Part shown: positions 61,945 through 64,000 of the stretch, piece by piece | Layout: each line of letters begins with the position of its first letter | Numbering within the stretch: position 1 is the first letter of the stretch | Source of the DNA: Eledone cirrhosa | Lineage: Eukaryota | DNA length: 64,000 nucleotides | Assembly (NCBI GenBank): GCA_964016885.1 | Contig: OZ024744.1 | Location: forward strand, 46,128,001-46,192,000 | Reading direction: 5' to 3' | Notes under the pieces: model-generated | Told to the model about the DNA's origin: nothing | Database searches by the model: none | The model's input: only the letters and a program-made list of their open reading frames with translations | Position numbers and translations under genes: made by a program

Positions 61945-64000
61945 AGAGACTAGGTGCAGGGGTGGGTCTCCTAGATTCATTTTCGGTAAAAAAAGATGCT
62001 ATAAACTTTTCTGGATGGGAAATGACAATGGGCTGGGTGGAGTAGGAATTATGTTAGCAGAGAAATGGGTAGATAAGGTAATTGCCATAAATAGAGTGAA
62101 CGACAGAATAATTAAAATAAGACTTGTTCTAAATAGAACAACTGTGACAATAATATCCGCTTATGCACCCCAGTCTGGTCTACCTGATGTAATAAAAGAC
62201 AGGTTCTATGATTTGCTAATTTTTACTTCCTCCCAAATAACAGACAGTGACTGCATAATTATTGCTGGTGACCTAAATTGTCACATTGGACAACATAGTG
62301 ATGGCTATGATGGAATCTATGGAGGCTATGTGTTTGGTACTAGAAATGAGGAAGGCTCCAGAATCCTGGAATTTTGTGACGCTAATAACCTAACTATCTG
62401 TAACACAAACTTCAAAAAACGAGACAATGACTTGGTCTCCTGTAGATCAGGGGAACATGCCAGCCAGATAGATTATATCCTTACTAGAAGGTGTGACAGT
62501 GTCTGTTGTAAACACTAAATCCCTCCCCTTGAAAAATGCACCTCCCAACATAGCCTCGTAGTTAGGGACCTCATAGTCAGGACTAGACGTACTCGACGAC
62601 AGAGGAGGACTACCTTGAGGAAAAGATGGAAGTTGAAGGACCTCACAGCCAGTAATAAATTTAAAAGCATATTAGTTAATGCTTTCGACAGTAAAGAGGT
62701 GCAATTAAAGACATATAATATAGAGGAACAGTGGCAATTCTTGAAAGTTAAACTGCTGAAGGTGACAGATGGAATCTATTGCTGGAGCAGACCTATAGGT
62801 AGGAGGAGGAGAGTAACTTGGAGGTGGAACACTAAGGTGGAGGAGTCAATCAAATCCAGAAAGCAGGCTTGGAAAGTATGGCGGAAGTAGAGAACACTAT
62901 CAAGTGGCCAGGAGAGAAGCTAGGAGACAAGTGTACCTTGCACGGAGGGAAGCAGAGGATAGGAAGTTCAAGCATATTCTACAATGTGAGGACCAAAAAC
63001 GTGAGGTGTTCAGGATCGCAAAACAAAGTGTCAAGGAAAATCATGATTTTGTCAGGGAGAAGTGTGTCCGTAAAGATGATGGTGTACTTGCCCTCACTGA
63101 TACTGATAAGAAGGTAGCTTGGAAGTGTCACCTCGAGAGACTACTATGTGAGGAGAATAAATGGGAAAAAGATAGTCTGCCCAAATCGATCCAATAGAAG
63201 GAACAGCGGTGCAAGTTAATGGTAGTATAGTAAATAAGGCAATCAAAGATATGAAGACAGGCAAGGCAGCTGGGGCTTCGGAGATAGTTGTTGAGATATT
63301 GAAAGCATCTGGAATGGTGGGACATACTATGGACACCCAAATAGTAAACCAAATAATACAGAATGGGGTCATATCAGATGACTGGCGTAGCAGCATCATT
63401 GTTAACTGCTACAAGGGTAAAGGAGATACCCTAGATAGGGGAAACTATAGCGCCATTAAGGTAGTTGACCAGGTCATGAAGGTCAAAGAAAGAGTTATTG
63501 CACAACTAATCAGAGACCAAATTGATCTAGATGAAATGCAGTTTGGGTTCGTGCCAGGTAAAAGTACCACAGATGCTATTTTCCTTGTACAGCAACTAGT
63601 GGAGAAGTACCCAGTTAAAAGTAAACCCCTCTACTTAGCTTTTGTTGACTTGGAGAAAGCCTTTGACAGAGTCCCCCGCTCCATTATCTGGTAGGCCCTT
63701 AGAAATGGAGGAATAGATGAATGGCTTGTGAGAGCTATACAAGCCATGTACAAAGAAACAGTCAGCAAGGTTAGAATTAACAATGAATATAGTGAAGAAT
63801 TTAGCGTAAAAGTAGGTGTTCAGCAAGGCCCCATCCTTAGCTTCCTCCTCTTTATTATTGCCCTTCAGGTTATAACAGAGGGGTTTAAGACCAGCTGCCC
63901 ATGTGAACTTCTATATGCAGATGATCTAACTCTCCTAGCCTAATCTATGGCTGAACTAGAGAAGAAATTCCAAAATTGGAGGCATGGCTTTGAATCAAAA
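61945..64000 (+). mobile_element. RTE LINE ORF remnant: APE endonuclease + RT with stops and frameshifts, continuing past the window
   Basis: GGVGI, ISAYAPQ, IAGDLN, SQIDYIL, GKAAG, QFGFVPGKSTTDAIF, FVDLEKAFDRV, QQGPILS, LYADDL. Confidence 0.93.

Larger units (their letters stand above)
56560..64000. repeat. Large inverted duplication (left arm to about 58690; right arm from about 59995 to the window end)
   Basis: 56855-58690 is the reverse complement of 59995-62012; 56670-56852 matches 63815-64000. Confidence 0.88.

Overview
AT-rich, repeat-dominated eukaryotic DNA. An octopus/coleoid cephalopod origin is inferred from the C2H2 zinc-finger cluster and the tRNA-SINE/RTE families; this was not verified. 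There are no prokaryotic features, CRISPR arrays, rRNA genes or true tRNA genes. Contents: (1) four paralogous short tandem C2H2 zinc-finger genes (5058-5399 +, 10594-11175 -, 15332-15910 -, 45625-45966 -), only the last intact, carried on a multi-kb cassette duplicated in both orientations; (2) four Penelope-like retroelements (PLEs; RT + GIY-YIG, Naiad-like), one nearly full length (36062-41493), plus several small non-coding PLE-like units nested in (TA)n tracts; (3) about a dozen type I hammerhead ribozyme (HHR) motifs from about seven sequence families, found by reading the sequence. They include a pair flanking the near-full-length PLE exactly 4052 nt apart with an unusual long, non-canonically closed stem II, and a 502-nt retrozyme-like monomer with a circularly permuted layout; (4) many RTE LINE fragments, two of which spawned 47-bp and 48-bp minisatellites, plus SINEs, hAT and mariner MITEs, Helitron-like elements and microsatellites; (5) a large inverted duplication at 55.5-64 kb. 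Most ORFs in the supplied track are microsatellite or antisense artefacts. Repeat boundaries were read by eye (about +/-20 bp); ribozyme and ZNF coordinates were counted base by base.
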